A DNA stretch of 64,000 bases from Chloroflexota bacterium (GTDB lineage Bacteria; Chloroflexota; Anaerolineae; Aggregatilineales; Phototrophicaceae): the NCBI GenBank assembly GCA_026709625.1, contig JAPOSR010000044.1, positions 186 through 64,185 on the forward strand. Direction: 5' to 3'. A program made the translations under genes and the position numbers. Below, piece after piece: positions 36,544-45,796 of this stretch; within the stretch, counting starts at the first letter, position 1, and each line of letters starts with the position of its first letter. The notes under the pieces are model-generated. The model was not told the origin of the DNA. It ran no database searches and saw only the letters and a program-made list of their open reading frames with translations.

Positions 36544-37782
36544 TCATCGCAGCTGAAGCTTCACTCGCAAGTATTCCATACCGCGATTGCCCTTGATGCG
36601 ATTGCAAGAGCCGCACAGCAGCTGCAAGTTCTCGCTATGGTCGGTGCCGCCTTTCGAGCGCGGGATGATGTGGTCGACTTCCAAGCGCTGACTCTGAAAA
36701 TGCTCGCCGCAGCCTGCGCAGTTGCCCGCCTGCTCGCCATACAGCGCCTTTTTGTGGCTGGCGGGGCGCGGCAGCCCGCCCAGGTCGGTGCGCCGAGGCA
36801 TATCGGCGCGGTGGATGGGATTGGAAAACAAACCCAGTTCTTCGCGCAGGCGCAGTTTGGTCAGCTCGGTGGCTTTGCCCGCCACATCAATCCCCACCCA
36901 CTGCCGCCCCATGCCCTGCGCGGCGATGCAGGTCGTGGCGCAGCCGCAGAAGGGGTCAAGCACCAGAGCGCCTTCATCGCTGCCCGCTGCGATTAAGCGG
37001 CGATAAAGCGCGAGAGGCTTCTGTGTGGGGTAACCTGTGCGCTCCTTGTCCGAGTTATTCAGTTTTGGAATATCCCACACGTCGTCCAGGGGAATGCCAT
37101 AGCGCATCGCTTCATCCAAATACCTGCGTGCCCGCCGCCCGCCGCCGCCATCGGACAATACATACTCCCGTCCATCCTCATCGACGCGGACCTTCTGTTT
37201 TCGTACTTTGATATATTCCTCTTTGCTTTCCCAGGTTCTTGCTGGCGGATTAAATACTGCGCCATCTGCCTTGGAATAAAACAATATGACATCATGGCGG
37301 CGCTCGATATGGGCTTTCAGCTGTTTGTTCCAGCCGGAATAATGCCAGATAATCTCATTGCGAAAGTTGCCGCGTCCGAAAATCGCGTCCATGACCAGCT
37401 TCAAGTAGTGGCTCATGGTGGGGTCGCAATGCAGGAACAGGCTGCCGGTCGGCTTGAGGATGCGGCGCATCTCCAGCAGTCTGACCGCCATATAGACCAG
37501 GTAGGATTTGTCGCTGTCGGTCATAGCGGCGAGCAGAACGCGATGCAGCCCGGCGTGCTTGCTCTCGATGAGGTTGATCCATTCGGCATCGATGTCCGAC
37601 AGAGTCCAGGTATCTTTGAATTCAGCGCCGGCGGCTTGCGAGCCAATCGGGGCGGCGTAATTTGCGTTGGAATTGAAAGGGGGATCGAGGCAAATTAAAT
37701 CGACGCACTCGGAATTCGTGCCGCGCATGATGTCGAGGCAGTCGCCTGTCCACACCGTTTGATTTCGGAAGTTCGGCTTCAT
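36544..37782 (-). CDS. DNA methyltransferase (beta-class N6A/N4C) fused to a C-terminal HNH nuclease
   Basis: VDLICLDPPFNSN, TGSLFLHCDPTMSHYLK, ERTGYPTQKPLALYRRLI, VLDPFCGCATT. C-terminus reads CAGCGEHF..LEVDHIIPRSKGGTDHSENLQLLCGSCNRIKGN (CxxC..HH..N..CxxC). Confidence 0.9.
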   Translation of the reverse strand: MKPNFRNQTVWTGDCLDIMRGTNSECVDLICLDPPFNSNANYAAPIGSQAAGAEFKDTWTLSDIDAEWINLIESKHAGLHRVLLAAMTDSDKSYLVYMAVRLLEMRRILKPTGSLFLHCDPTMSHYLKLVMDAIFGRGNFRNEIIWHYSGWNKQLKAHIERRHDVILFYSKADGAVFNPPARTWESKEEYIKVRKQKVRVDEDGREYVLSDGGGGRRARRYLDEAMRYGIPLDDVWDIPKLNNSDKERTGYPTQKPLALYRRLIAAGSDEGALVLDPFCGCATTCIAAQGMGRQWVGIDVAGKATELTKLRLREELGLFSNPIHRADMPRRTDLGGLPRPASHKKALYGEQAGNCAGCGEHFQSQRLEVDHIIPRSKGGTDHSENLQLLCGSCNRIKGNRGMEYLRVKLQLR

Positions 37783-37832
37783 GCGCGACCTGAACGATTT
37801 CTTCCGTTATTGTAGCCTGAAACCTGTCGCGG

Positions 37833-38165
37833 CTAGCAGTCCCGCGAATGTTCTACGGGATAGCCTTTTTCCCGCCAGCCCTTGGTGCCGTCTTCGAGGT
37901 TGTAGAGCTGCGCATAGCCGAGGCTGGCGAGGTACAGGGCGGCTTGCGACGAGCGGACGCCAGTGTTGCAGACCAGCAGAGCGGGCATATCTTCGTCAAT
38001 CTCATCGACGCGCGCCATGAATTCACTCAGCGGGATGTTGACTGCGCCGGGCAAATGGGCTTCGGCATATTCGTCATCTTCGCGCACATCGATGAGCTGA
38101 TAGCTGTCTGGGTCGCAGTTGGCGAATCGCTGACGGTATTGGTCGCTGCTGAGGTCGGTGTACAT
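37833..38165 (-). CDS. Single-domain rhodanese-like sulfurtransferase
   Basis: QLIDVREDDEYAEAHLPGAVNIPL.., active-site loop LLVCNTGVRSSQA. Start MYTDL at 38165. Confidence 0.85.
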   Translation of the reverse strand: MYTDLSSDQYRQRFANCDPDSYQLIDVREDDEYAEAHLPGAVNIPLSEFMARVDEIDEDMPALLVCNTGVRSSQAALYLASLGYAQLYNLEDGTKGWREKGYPVEHSRDC

Positions 38166-38263
38166 AGCTGCCTCGCGGCTGGCGCGGTCTCTGTGGCGAA
38201 GTATAGCCAAGTTGGGCTGGCGCGGCAAAATGCTTATTCACGCGCACAGATTTTGCGGGGAAT

Positions 38264-39211
38264 CTATGCGCGCTCCCGATACCAGTCCACAGTCCGCCGC
38301 AGCCCTTCGGCAAAGTCGATGGCTGGCGCGAACCCCAGCAGCGCTTTCGCTTTCGTCACATCGGCGCGCGAGTGCTTGATATCGCCGCGGCGCTCGTCAG
38401 TATGGATAGGCGGCAGGTCTGTGCCCAGCGCGGCATTTAACTGCTCAACCAGGTCATTCAGCGTGACGCGCCCGCCAGCCGCCAGGTTGATGGTCGCGCC
38501 CGATGCCTCTGGCGCGGCGCAGGCCAGCAGGTTGCCGCGCACGACATTGTCGATATAGGTAAAGTCGCGGCTTTGCTCGCCATCGCCATAGATGCGCGGC
38601 TGCTTGCCATCTAGCATAAGCGTGATGAACCTGGGGATGACGGCGGCGTATTCCGAAGCCGGGTCTTGGCGCGGACCAAAGACATTGAAGTAGCGCAGCG
38701 CCACCGTCTCCAGCCCGAAGCTGCCTGTGAAAGCGGCAGCATAGTATTCGCCAGCCAGCTTGGCGACGCCATAAGGCGAGATGGGGTCGGGGCGCATGGA
38801 TTCGCGCTTGGCATCGCCCGGCTGGTCGCCATAGGCTGATGAAGAAGCGGCATAGACCACCCTGCGAACGCCACAATCACGCGCGGCAACCAGCACATTC
38901 AACGTGCCGGTGAGGCAGTGCCGATGCGTCTCCAGCGGGTCGGCCAGGCTGCGCGGGACCGATGGCAGGGCGGCTTGGTGCAGCACAAAGTCGCCGCCGC
39001 GCATGAGCCGCCGCAGCAGGTCGATGTCGTTGATGTCGCCAATGGCATAGTCGAAGTCGCCATCCAGCCCGCCCAGATAGTCCAGATTCTCGCGCTTGCC
39101 GGTCAGCAGGTTGTCGATGACGCGCACGCGCTGTCCGTCTTGCAGCAGGCTTTCCGCGATGTGCGAGCCAATGAAACCAGCGCCGCCGGTAACGAGATAG
39201 GTGCTCGCCAT
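38264..39211 (-). CDS. NAD-dependent sugar-nucleotide epimerase/dehydratase (SDR extended family)
   Basis: YLVTGGAGFIGSHIAESL.., SSSAYG.., YGVAKLAGE (YxxxK). Start MASTYL at 39211. Confidence 0.85.
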   Translation of the reverse strand: MASTYLVTGGAGFIGSHIAESLLQDGQRVRVIDNLLTGKRENLDYLGGLDGDFDYAIGDINDIDLLRRLMRGGDFVLHQAALPSVPRSLADPLETHRHCLTGTLNVLVAARDCGVRRVVYAASSSAYGDQPGDAKRESMRPDPISPYGVAKLAGEYYAAAFTGSFGLETVALRYFNVFGPRQDPASEYAAVIPRFITLMLDGKQPRIYGDGEQSRDFTYIDNVVRGNLLACAAPEASGATINLAAGGRVTLNDLVEQLNAALGTDLPPIHTDERRGDIKHSRADVTKAKALLGFAPAIDFAEGLRRTVDWYRERA

Positions 39212-39331
39212 GATGCTCCCTGCGCAATGTAAGACTCCTGTGATTAGACCACAGCGCGCGCTGGCGGCACAGAGGCGAATTTTCGCGCCGCCGCGATACC
39301 TCCCCCGCCGCCCCTGTGCTACACTAGCAGC

Positions 39332-41077
39332 ATGCCCTCTCATCATCAGTCCGAGTTGGAGCAAATCGTCAATCGCTGGGAGCAGCGACACGAGTGGCGA
39401 TTGCTTTCGCGCAGCATGCCCCGCTCGCTGATATTGGCGCTGTTATTGAGCTTGGCGGCCGGCGCGGCTGGCTATTTTTGGCTGGGGCTGCGGGCAGAGC
39501 AGCTGGCGCTGATTGCGGCGGGATTGTGCGCCTTCGGCTTTGCGGGCAACCTGCTGCGCACGGTGCTTTTTCCGCGCGATTTGCCCACCCGCGCGCGCTA
39601 TTTCGACATCGAGTTCAACCTCGGCGAGCGGGTATCGACCGCCTTTGAGCTGCTTTCGGGGCGCATCGGCACGCACCCGGATCTGGCGGCGCGGCAACTG
39701 GCGGATACGCTGGCGCAAGCGCGCGCCATCAACCCAAGCGAACGCATCGCCCTGGACTTTCGGCGTGGCGAGCTGGTTGCGCTGCTGGCGCTGGCTGTGG
39801 CGCTTTTGGGCATGATCGCGCTGCCGGCCATCGTGGGCGCAGAGCTGCTCGACCAGCCGCCGGCGGCGATTGAACTGGCGCGTGAAGACATCCGCGAGAT
39901 GATCGAGACGACCGCCAAAGACCCCGACCTCAACGAGATCGACCGCCAGGACGTGTTGGATGCGCTGGAGATCGCGCTGGAGCGACTGGAAGAAACCGAA
40001 ATCGGCCAAGAAGAAGCCTTCGCCGCTATGAGCCAGCTGGAAGCGCGCTTGGACGAACTCGAGCTGGAACTGGGCGAAACGATGGAGCTGGATCAGTCGG
40101 CGCTGCAGGCTGGGCTGGAAGCGCTTGCAGACTTTGCTCCGCCGCTGGATGAGAGCGGCAGCGAGCAGGCTGGCGATGATTTTGCGGCATTGAGCGAGGC
40201 GCTGGAGCAGTTGGCGCAAGATGCCCGCGATATGAGCGCGGACGAGCGTCTGAATGCGGCGGCGGCGCTGGATGCGGCGGCTGACGAACTGTCCGCGCTG
40301 GATGCGGCGCTGGAAGAGCGGCTCGATGACATGGCGCAGTCGCTGCAAGAAGGGCGGCAGGACCTGAGTGAGCAGCTGGATGCGGCGCAAGAAGCAGTCG
40401 CGCAAGAGCGGCAACAGAACCAAGGCCAGCAAAATGCGCAGCAGACTCTGCAAGAGCAAGCCGAACGCGCCCAAGAAGTCGCCGAGTCCATCGCCCGGCA
40501 GCAAAGGCAGCAAGGCGATCAACAAACTGAAGATGCCCAGGCTGGCGAGGCGGATCCGTCCGATTCGGGGCAGCCCCGCGCTGGGCAGGAAGGCGACCAA
40601 CAATCGGATCAAGCGCGCCCAGGCGCAAACCAAGGCCGCCAGCCGGCGCAGCGCAACGCCGAAAGCAGCGGCGCAGCCAGCCAGCGCAGCCAGGACAGCC
40701 GTGCCAGTGGTGGCGGCACGGGCCAAGGCGACCCCAGCAACCTCAGCATGGCGGGCAGCGGCGGCGAAGACCGCGGCGCGGAAACCAGCGACCGCTCGGC
40801 AGGCCGGGGCGCGATCGAATACGAAGCGCTCTACAGCCCCAGCGGCATCGGCGGTGGCGGCGAGAACGAAGTCCGCTTACAGACCGACCCTGGCGATACG
40901 ACGCTGGCAGAAGGCGAATTCGACGACAACCCACTGGGCGAATCGCGCGTGAGATATGACGCGGTCTTCAATGCGTATCAGCAGGCAGCCAACCGCGCGC
41001 TGGAAAGCGATTATGTGCCGCTGGGACTGCGCGATGTCGTGCGCGAGTATTTCACCTCGCTGGAGCCGGGCGGCTGA
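39332..41077 (+). CDS. Membrane-anchored, highly acidic/Gln-rich low-complexity protein
   Basis: Two or three N-terminal TM helices and ~300 aa of E/D/A/L/Q-rich helical repeats. A G/S/Q-rich disordered stretch follows. Conserved-looking C-terminus YVPLGLRDVVREYFTSLEP. Confidence 0.55.
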   Translation: MPSHHQSELEQIVNRWEQRHEWRLLSRSMPRSLILALLLSLAAGAAGYFWLGLRAEQLALIAAGLCAFGFAGNLLRTVLFPRDLPTRARYFDIEFNLGERVSTAFELLSGRIGTHPDLAARQLADTLAQARAINPSERIALDFRRGELVALLALAVALLGMIALPAIVGAELLDQPPAAIELAREDIREMIETTAKDPDLNEIDRQDVLDALEIALERLEETEIGQEEAFAAMSQLEARLDELELELGETMELDQSALQAGLEALADFAPPLDESGSEQAGDDFAALSEALEQLAQDARDMSADERLNAAAALDAAADELSALDAALEERLDDMAQSLQEGRQDLSEQLDAAQEAVAQERQQNQGQQNAQQTLQEQAERAQEVAESIARQQRQQGDQQTEDAQAGEADPSDSGQPRAGQEGDQQSDQARPGANQGRQPAQRNAESSGAASQRSQDSRASGGGTGQGDPSNLSMAGSGGEDRGAETSDRSAGRGAIEYEALYSPSGIGGGGENEVRLQTDPGDTTLAEGEFDDNPLGESRVRYDAVFNAYQQAANRALESDYVPLGLRDVVREYFTSLEPGG

Positions 41078-41705
41078 GATCCTTTGCCAGCCGCAGCATC
41101 TGCAACTCTTTGCCATTATGTTTCAGTATAGGCGAGGCGGCGACCTGCGCGAAGCCGACTCGTTGATACGCTGAAATGGCGATTGCATTGTCCGCCGCGA
41201 CATCCAACGCTAGTCGCGAGCAGCCACCACGCAGAGCTGATTCTTCAGCATGCGCCAGCAAGGCTTTGCTGAGACCACGCCCGCGAAAAGCCGGGTAGAG
41301 CGCTACAAAAGCGATGTAATAGTCGCCTGGGGAGAGCCTCTGCCCCAGGAAGCCCAGCAACTGACGCATCAGCGCCAGCATCAGCAAGAACCGCGGCAAC
41401 TCCCAGCCCGCCAGCCGCAGCATCAGCAAGAAACCGCGCAATTGGTATGTGTCGCTTGTGGTGGCGCTGTACGCGTGGATCATGCCAGCTATTTCACCCT
41501 CATGCCGGATGAAAGCGCAATGGTAGCAGCTAAACTCGTTGTCTTCACGCAAGAACATGCCTTGCAGCAGTGGAGTGGCGCGGCTCCCGAATAGCTGGCT
41601 GAAGAGCTGGTCGCCCGCAATTTGCGCAAGTTGGGCGAAATGCGCGGCATGCTCGGCGGTGGCTTGCGCATTAATCAACATCAGCAAGCCAGTGGAAGCG
41701 CGCAA
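41052..41705 (-). CDS. GNAT-family N-acetyltransferase
   Basis: YIAFVALYPAFRGRGLSKALLAHAEESA..LALDVAADNAIAISAYQRVGF (acetyl-CoA-binding R/Q-x-x-G-x-G/A motif). Confidence 0.75.
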   Translation of the reverse strand: MRASTGLLMLINAQATAEHAAHFAQLAQIAGDQLFSQLFGSRATPLLQGMFLREDNEFSCYHCAFIRHEGEIAGMIHAYSATTSDTYQLRGFLLMLRLAGWELPRFLLMLALMRQLLGFLGQRLSPGDYYIAFVALYPAFRGRGLSKALLAHAEESALRGGCSRLALDVAADNAIAISAYQRVGFAQVAASPILKHNGKELQMLRLAKDLSRPAPAR

Positions 41706-41869
41706 TCCAGGCTGTCAACCGTTTCCAGCACAACGGCTTTCCAGGCATAGAGCGCGCTGTCTTTGATACGATAGTGGCGGCTGGTTTGAGCGGACAACAT
41801 TTTGCCGGATACAATCTGCGCGACAGCATTGACCCTCAAATCGTCAGCGCAGGCGCGTTTCTTTGGCAT
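41681..41869 (-). pseudogene. IS3-family OrfA-like HTH fragment (transposase remnant)
   Basis: MPKKRACADDLRVNAVAQIVSGKMLSAQTSRHYRIKDSALYAWK resembles MPKKR..F..AV.LV..G.S...VA..LGI....LY.W. About 60 aa with no OrfB. Overlaps the GNAT start. Confidence 0.35.
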
Positions 41870-41968
41870 TCCTGTCTCCCTTCGCTTGCTGACAATGACA
41901 CGCTCTTTGCATAGGAGCCAGCGAGCCAGGACTATTTGGAAGCCAATCCGATTAGACAAGAGGAAATC

Positions 41969-43129
41969 ATGACATCAGACAGCTTGCTCAAATGGCGCGG
42001 CGAATTTCCAATTCTGGAGCGCTGCAATTACCTCATCAGCAATTCACTGGGCGCGATGCCGCGTGGCGTCTATGTCAGCTTGCGGCATTATGCCGATACC
42101 TGGGCCGAGCAAGGCGTTTCGGCATGGAGCAGCGGCTGGTTTGAACTGCCACAGACCGTCGGCGACAAGATCGCCCCCTTGATGGGCGCGGCACCAGGCA
42201 CGGTGCTGATGCATCAAAATGCCAGCATAGCCAACAGCATCTTGCTGGGCGCGCTGGACTTTAGCGATGCGAAGCGCGACAAAGTCGTCGTCACCAGCCT
42301 CGACTTTCCCAGCGATGTCTATGCCTTGCGCAGCTGGCTGCCGCCGCATATCGAAGTGCAGATGATCGAATCGCGCGATGGCGTCAGCATCGACATCGAC
42401 GAGCTGCTGGCGGCGATTGATGAGCGCACGCGGCTGGTCAGCATTTCACATGTATGCTTTCGCAGCGCGTTTATCATGCCAGCGCGTGAAATCACAGCAA
42501 AGGCGCAGCGAGTCGGCGCGCAAACGTTGTTCAATGGCTATCACAGCGTGGGCGTCATCCCGGTGGATGTCGGCGCGTGGGATGTCGACTATTACATCGG
42601 CGGCACCCTGAAGTGGCTCTGCGGGGGACCGGGCGGCGTGTTTCTGTATGTGCGCCCCGACCTGCTGGCCAGCTTGCAGCCCAAGGTGACCGGCTGGTTC
42701 GCCAGTCGCGCGCCATTCGACTTTGATGTGGGCGGGCTCGACCTGCGCGAAGATAGCTATCGGTTGATGAACGGCACGCCGGGCATCGCCTCGCTGCATG
42801 CTGTGCAGCCTGGCGTCGAGATCGTGGCGCAGATCGGCGTCGCGCCCATCCGCGAAAAATCGATGCGCCAAACCGCGTTGATTGTCGAACTGGCTGATGC
42901 CCTGGGCTATGAGGTCGTCTCGCCGCGGTCGCCCGAAGAGCGCGCCGGCACCGTCACGGTCAACCCGCCCCGAGCCTATGAAGTTTCTTGCGAGCTGCTG
43001 GCGCGCGATATCAAGATCGACTTTCGTCCCAAAGCTGGCATCCGCATCGCGCCACATTTTTACAACACTGATGATGAAATCCGCGCAGCGCTGGCAGCAA
43101 TCGAGCAGATACTCGCCGAAATAGGTTGA
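41969..43129 (+). CDS. Class V aminotransferase-fold PLP enzyme (kynureninase/cysteine-desulfurase-like)
   Basis: FPILERCNYLISNSLGAMP.., ..GTLKWLCGGPGGVFLYV (PLP-Lys region). About 386 aa. Confidence 0.7.
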   Translation: MTSDSLLKWRGEFPILERCNYLISNSLGAMPRGVYVSLRHYADTWAEQGVSAWSSGWFELPQTVGDKIAPLMGAAPGTVLMHQNASIANSILLGALDFSDAKRDKVVVTSLDFPSDVYALRSWLPPHIEVQMIESRDGVSIDIDELLAAIDERTRLVSISHVCFRSAFIMPAREITAKAQRVGAQTLFNGYHSVGVIPVDVGAWDVDYYIGGTLKWLCGGPGGVFLYVRPDLLASLQPKVTGWFASRAPFDFDVGGLDLREDSYRLMNGTPGIASLHAVQPGVEIVAQIGVAPIREKSMRQTALIVELADALGYEVVSPRSPEERAGTVTVNPPRAYEVSCELLARDIKIDFRPKAGIRIAPHFYNTDDEIRAALAAIEQILAEIG

Positions 43130-43291
43130 GTGAACAGCTTCGCGGCCGAGGCGCATGGGGTTTGGCGCAGCAATGCCTTAATCATCCGGTTTCGGATGCT
43201 GCGGCTGGCGACCCAGCAGCTCGCGCTTGTATTCATATCAAGATCTGCTCATTACTCGCTTGAAACCATGTCTGTCTGGCGGCGGCACCCT

Positions 43292-44452
43292 TTATCCTTC
43301 TCCCACGACAACGAGGCCAGCGCCAACCCGCCGTCCCCAAGGGCTCGGGACCGCCTCGGCGGCAGCAACTGTGTCTAGCTGATGGTTCGCCAGCACAGCT
43401 TCGTCGAACATGATCCCGTTGCCTGGCGAATCGCCCAGCACGATATGTCCGGCTTCCACGCAGCTGTCATGCGCAAAGACGGCATCGCGCCCGGCATCCA
43501 CCACTTCCATCCAGATATGATTGGGCAGAACGGCGGCGAAGTGCGCCATAAAATTGCCCGGGCAATTCATCACCGAAACCGGCAGGTCGAACCCGTCCGC
43601 CATCTGCGCGACACGCCAAGCGCCGGTGATGCCGCCTGTGCCCATGCCGATCTGCAATATGTCGGCTGCGCGCGCCGCGATTAACGGTCGGAAGTCGGCG
43701 GCATCGTCCAGATTTTCGCCCGTTGCCACCGCCGCGTCGACCGCGTCCGACACCTTGCGCAAACCCGCGACATCCCAGCGCCGCGCCGGCTCTTCCACCC
43801 AAAACAGCTCGTAATGCCGCTCGAAATAACGGATCTTCTGGATGGCTTGCTTGGGCGACCAGTATTCGTTGGAGTCGATCAACAGCGCGGGCGTCTTGCC
43901 AGAGCTGGCCAGGGCATCGTGCATAATCGCAATGCGCCGCAAATCGCTGTCTCGGTCCAAACCGACCTTCAGCTTGCCGGCAAAGATGCCGCGCGCCGCT
44001 TGTTTGCGATAAAATGCGCCGATTTCGTCATCGCTCAGACACAGGTCGATGCCACTGGCATAGGCGCGCACACGCGGGCTGGCCGCGCCCAGGCACTGCC
44101 AGAGAGGCTGTTCGCTGGCTTTGGCTTTGAGGTCCCATAGCGCGATATCCAAGGTGCCGATGACATCGGTGATTGCGCCGCGGTTGCCGCCTTTGAAAGC
44201 GAAATCGGCCATGCGCTGCCACAAGCCGACGACGCTGCGCGGGTCTTGCCCAAAGAGCAGATCGCGCGCCATGCTTTCGATTGCCTGCGCCTGCCCAGGA
44301 TTGCCCAGCGCCACGCCCGTCAAACCAGCGTCGGTATCCACAAAAACGGCCAGGCCGGCATAAAGCGAGCGTCCGCGCGGGTTGTTGGCATCGCCGATTG
44401 CGCGCGCCATTTCGTGCTGGAATGCGCTTGTGCGGATATTGGTGATTTTCAT
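43292..44452 (-). CDS. Enolase-superfamily enzyme (mandelate racemase/muconate lactonizing family)
   Basis: MKITNIRT.., DIALWDLKAKASEQPLWQCLG, later LLIDSNEYW, WVEEP, ATGEN. Confidence 0.8.
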   Translation of the reverse strand: MKITNIRTSAFQHEMARAIGDANNPRGRSLYAGLAVFVDTDAGLTGVALGNPGQAQAIESMARDLLFGQDPRSVVGLWQRMADFAFKGGNRGAITDVIGTLDIALWDLKAKASEQPLWQCLGAASPRVRAYASGIDLCLSDDEIGAFYRKQAARGIFAGKLKVGLDRDSDLRRIAIMHDALASSGKTPALLIDSNEYWSPKQAIQKIRYFERHYELFWVEEPARRWDVAGLRKVSDAVDAAVATGENLDDAADFRPLIAARAADILQIGMGTGGITGAWRVAQMADGFDLPVSVMNCPGNFMAHFAAVLPNHIWMEVVDAGRDAVFAHDSCVEAGHIVLGDSPGNGIMFDEAVLANHQLDTVAAAEAVPSPWGRRVGAGLVVVGEG

Positions 44453-44609
44453 GCTGCCCCCCCAGCGCCCAAAAAATGACAAACCGCAGCTGCGACAAGG
44501 AAGCTGACTAGCCGGGCCGCCAGCGCCAGTCAGTATACAGCTGCAGCAAATCACGCTGCTGCTTGCCATCGCTGGTCGTGGCGCGCGGCTCGCCTGGCAT
44601 AGGCATTGC

Positions 44610-45782
44610 TTACTTCTCGCGCAGCCCGAACAATCCGGCCGCCACAGTCTTGCTGTCTCCCCAGGCATTCAGCGCGCCGATGCCTGCTAGTCCTCGGCTG
44701 TAGAGCGGGCTGGATGCAGCCAGTGGCAGGCTCACAGCGCGCCCGGTGACAGCCGATTCATACGCGCCCAACACGATTTCCAATGCGCGCGCGCCCGCGG
44801 CGGCCGGGGCGATGGGCTGGCGATGCTCGCAGATGGCTGCGGCGAAATCCGCCCACAATTCAATGAAAGAGCGCGCGATATTGGCTTCGTGCGTCGGCAG
44901 GTTGGCCAGCGCATGATCGTGGCGATTCCAAGCGCTGTCCACGCTGTAGAGCTCGATGGGCTGGTTGAAGCCGCCGGACTGATGCTGCTTGTAGCGCATG
45001 CGCAGGTGTCCGTCCGCCCCGCTGATATCGACGCCGCCAACGCCCTCGCCCCAGCCCATCTGTATTGCGGCATAGGCGCGCGGGAAGGCAATCTGCAACA
45101 GCGCCAGGTCTTCGACGACCGGCTGCCGCGCGGCATATTCGGGCGCGTCGATGAATGCCATGACTTGCTGGGCAGGCGCGCCCACCAACCACTCAGCCAG
45201 ATACACGGCGTGAATCATATCCATCAGCACGCCGCCGCCCGCCGCCAGGGTGTGCCGCCAGTCAGCTTGATATTCCGCCGCGCCGGGATAATCAATGACG
45301 CCCAGGAAGTGCAGCATCGCCACGCGTAGATCGCCGATCTCGCCCGCGCCGAGCAACTGCTTGATCAACTGGTATTCGGGCAAGAAGTGATAGTTGTGCA
45401 CCATCGCCAGCACGCGCCCGGCTTCGTTGGCCGCGCCCACCAGCCGCTGAGCCAGCGCCGGGGTATTGGCGATCGGTTTTTCACTGAGTACATGCAGCCC
45501 GGTCGCCAACGCATCCAGCGCGATTTTCGGGCGGAACTGCTGGGGAACAGCGACCACTACGGCATCCAGCGCGTCGATAGCCAGCAAGTCGCGGTAGTCG
45601 GCATAGAGTTGGTCTTCACGCAGGTCAAACCAGTCCGCGCCCAGCTGCCGGCGCTGGGGGGTGATGTCAGCCAGCGCGATGAGCCGCAGCTGGGGCAGGC
45701 TGGTCAGCGCCGGGCGATGCCCATAGACGACGACATTGCCACAGCCGATGAGCCCGATGTTTAGGGGTTTGTCTTCGTTCAC
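44610..45782 (-). CDS. Gfo/Idh/MocA-family NAD(P)-dependent oxidoreductase
   Basis: LNIGLIGCGNVVVYGHRPAL.., ..LHVLSEKPIA... Start chosen at the GTG (VNEDKPL) with GAGGGG upstream. The long ORF-track extension overlaps iolD. Confidence 0.75.
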   Translation of the reverse strand: MNEDKPLNIGLIGCGNVVVYGHRPALTSLPQLRLIALADITPQRRQLGADWFDLREDQLYADYRDLLAIDALDAVVVAVPQQFRPKIALDALATGLHVLSEKPIANTPALAQRLVGAANEAGRVLAMVHNYHFLPEYQLIKQLLGAGEIGDLRVAMLHFLGVIDYPGAAEYQADWRHTLAAGGGVLMDMIHAVYLAEWLVGAPAQQVMAFIDAPEYAARQPVVEDLALLQIAFPRAYAAIQMGWGEGVGGVDISGADGHLRMRYKQHQSGGFNQPIELYSVDSAWNRHDHALANLPTHEANIARSFIELWADFAAAICEHRQPIAPAAAGARALEIVLGAYESAVTGRAVSLPLAASSPLYSRGLAGIGALNAWGDSKTVAAGLFGLREK

Positions 45783-45796
45783 CAGTTCTTCGCCCC

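Noticed and set aside
39443-40726. 427-aa minus-strand ORF (plus 40026-40628 and 40093-40491) inside the acidic protein gene
   Set aside because: It is a composition-driven antisense ORF. The GAG/GCG/CAG-rich sense strand leaves the complementary frames open. It has no start context or motifs.
43130-43291. Possible gene fragment in the gap after the PLP-enzyme gene (minus-strand ..YEYKRELLGRQPQHPKPDD*)
   Set aside because: The stretch is too short, has no start and I can place no recognisable domain. It may be a remnant, but there is no support beyond a short open stretch.
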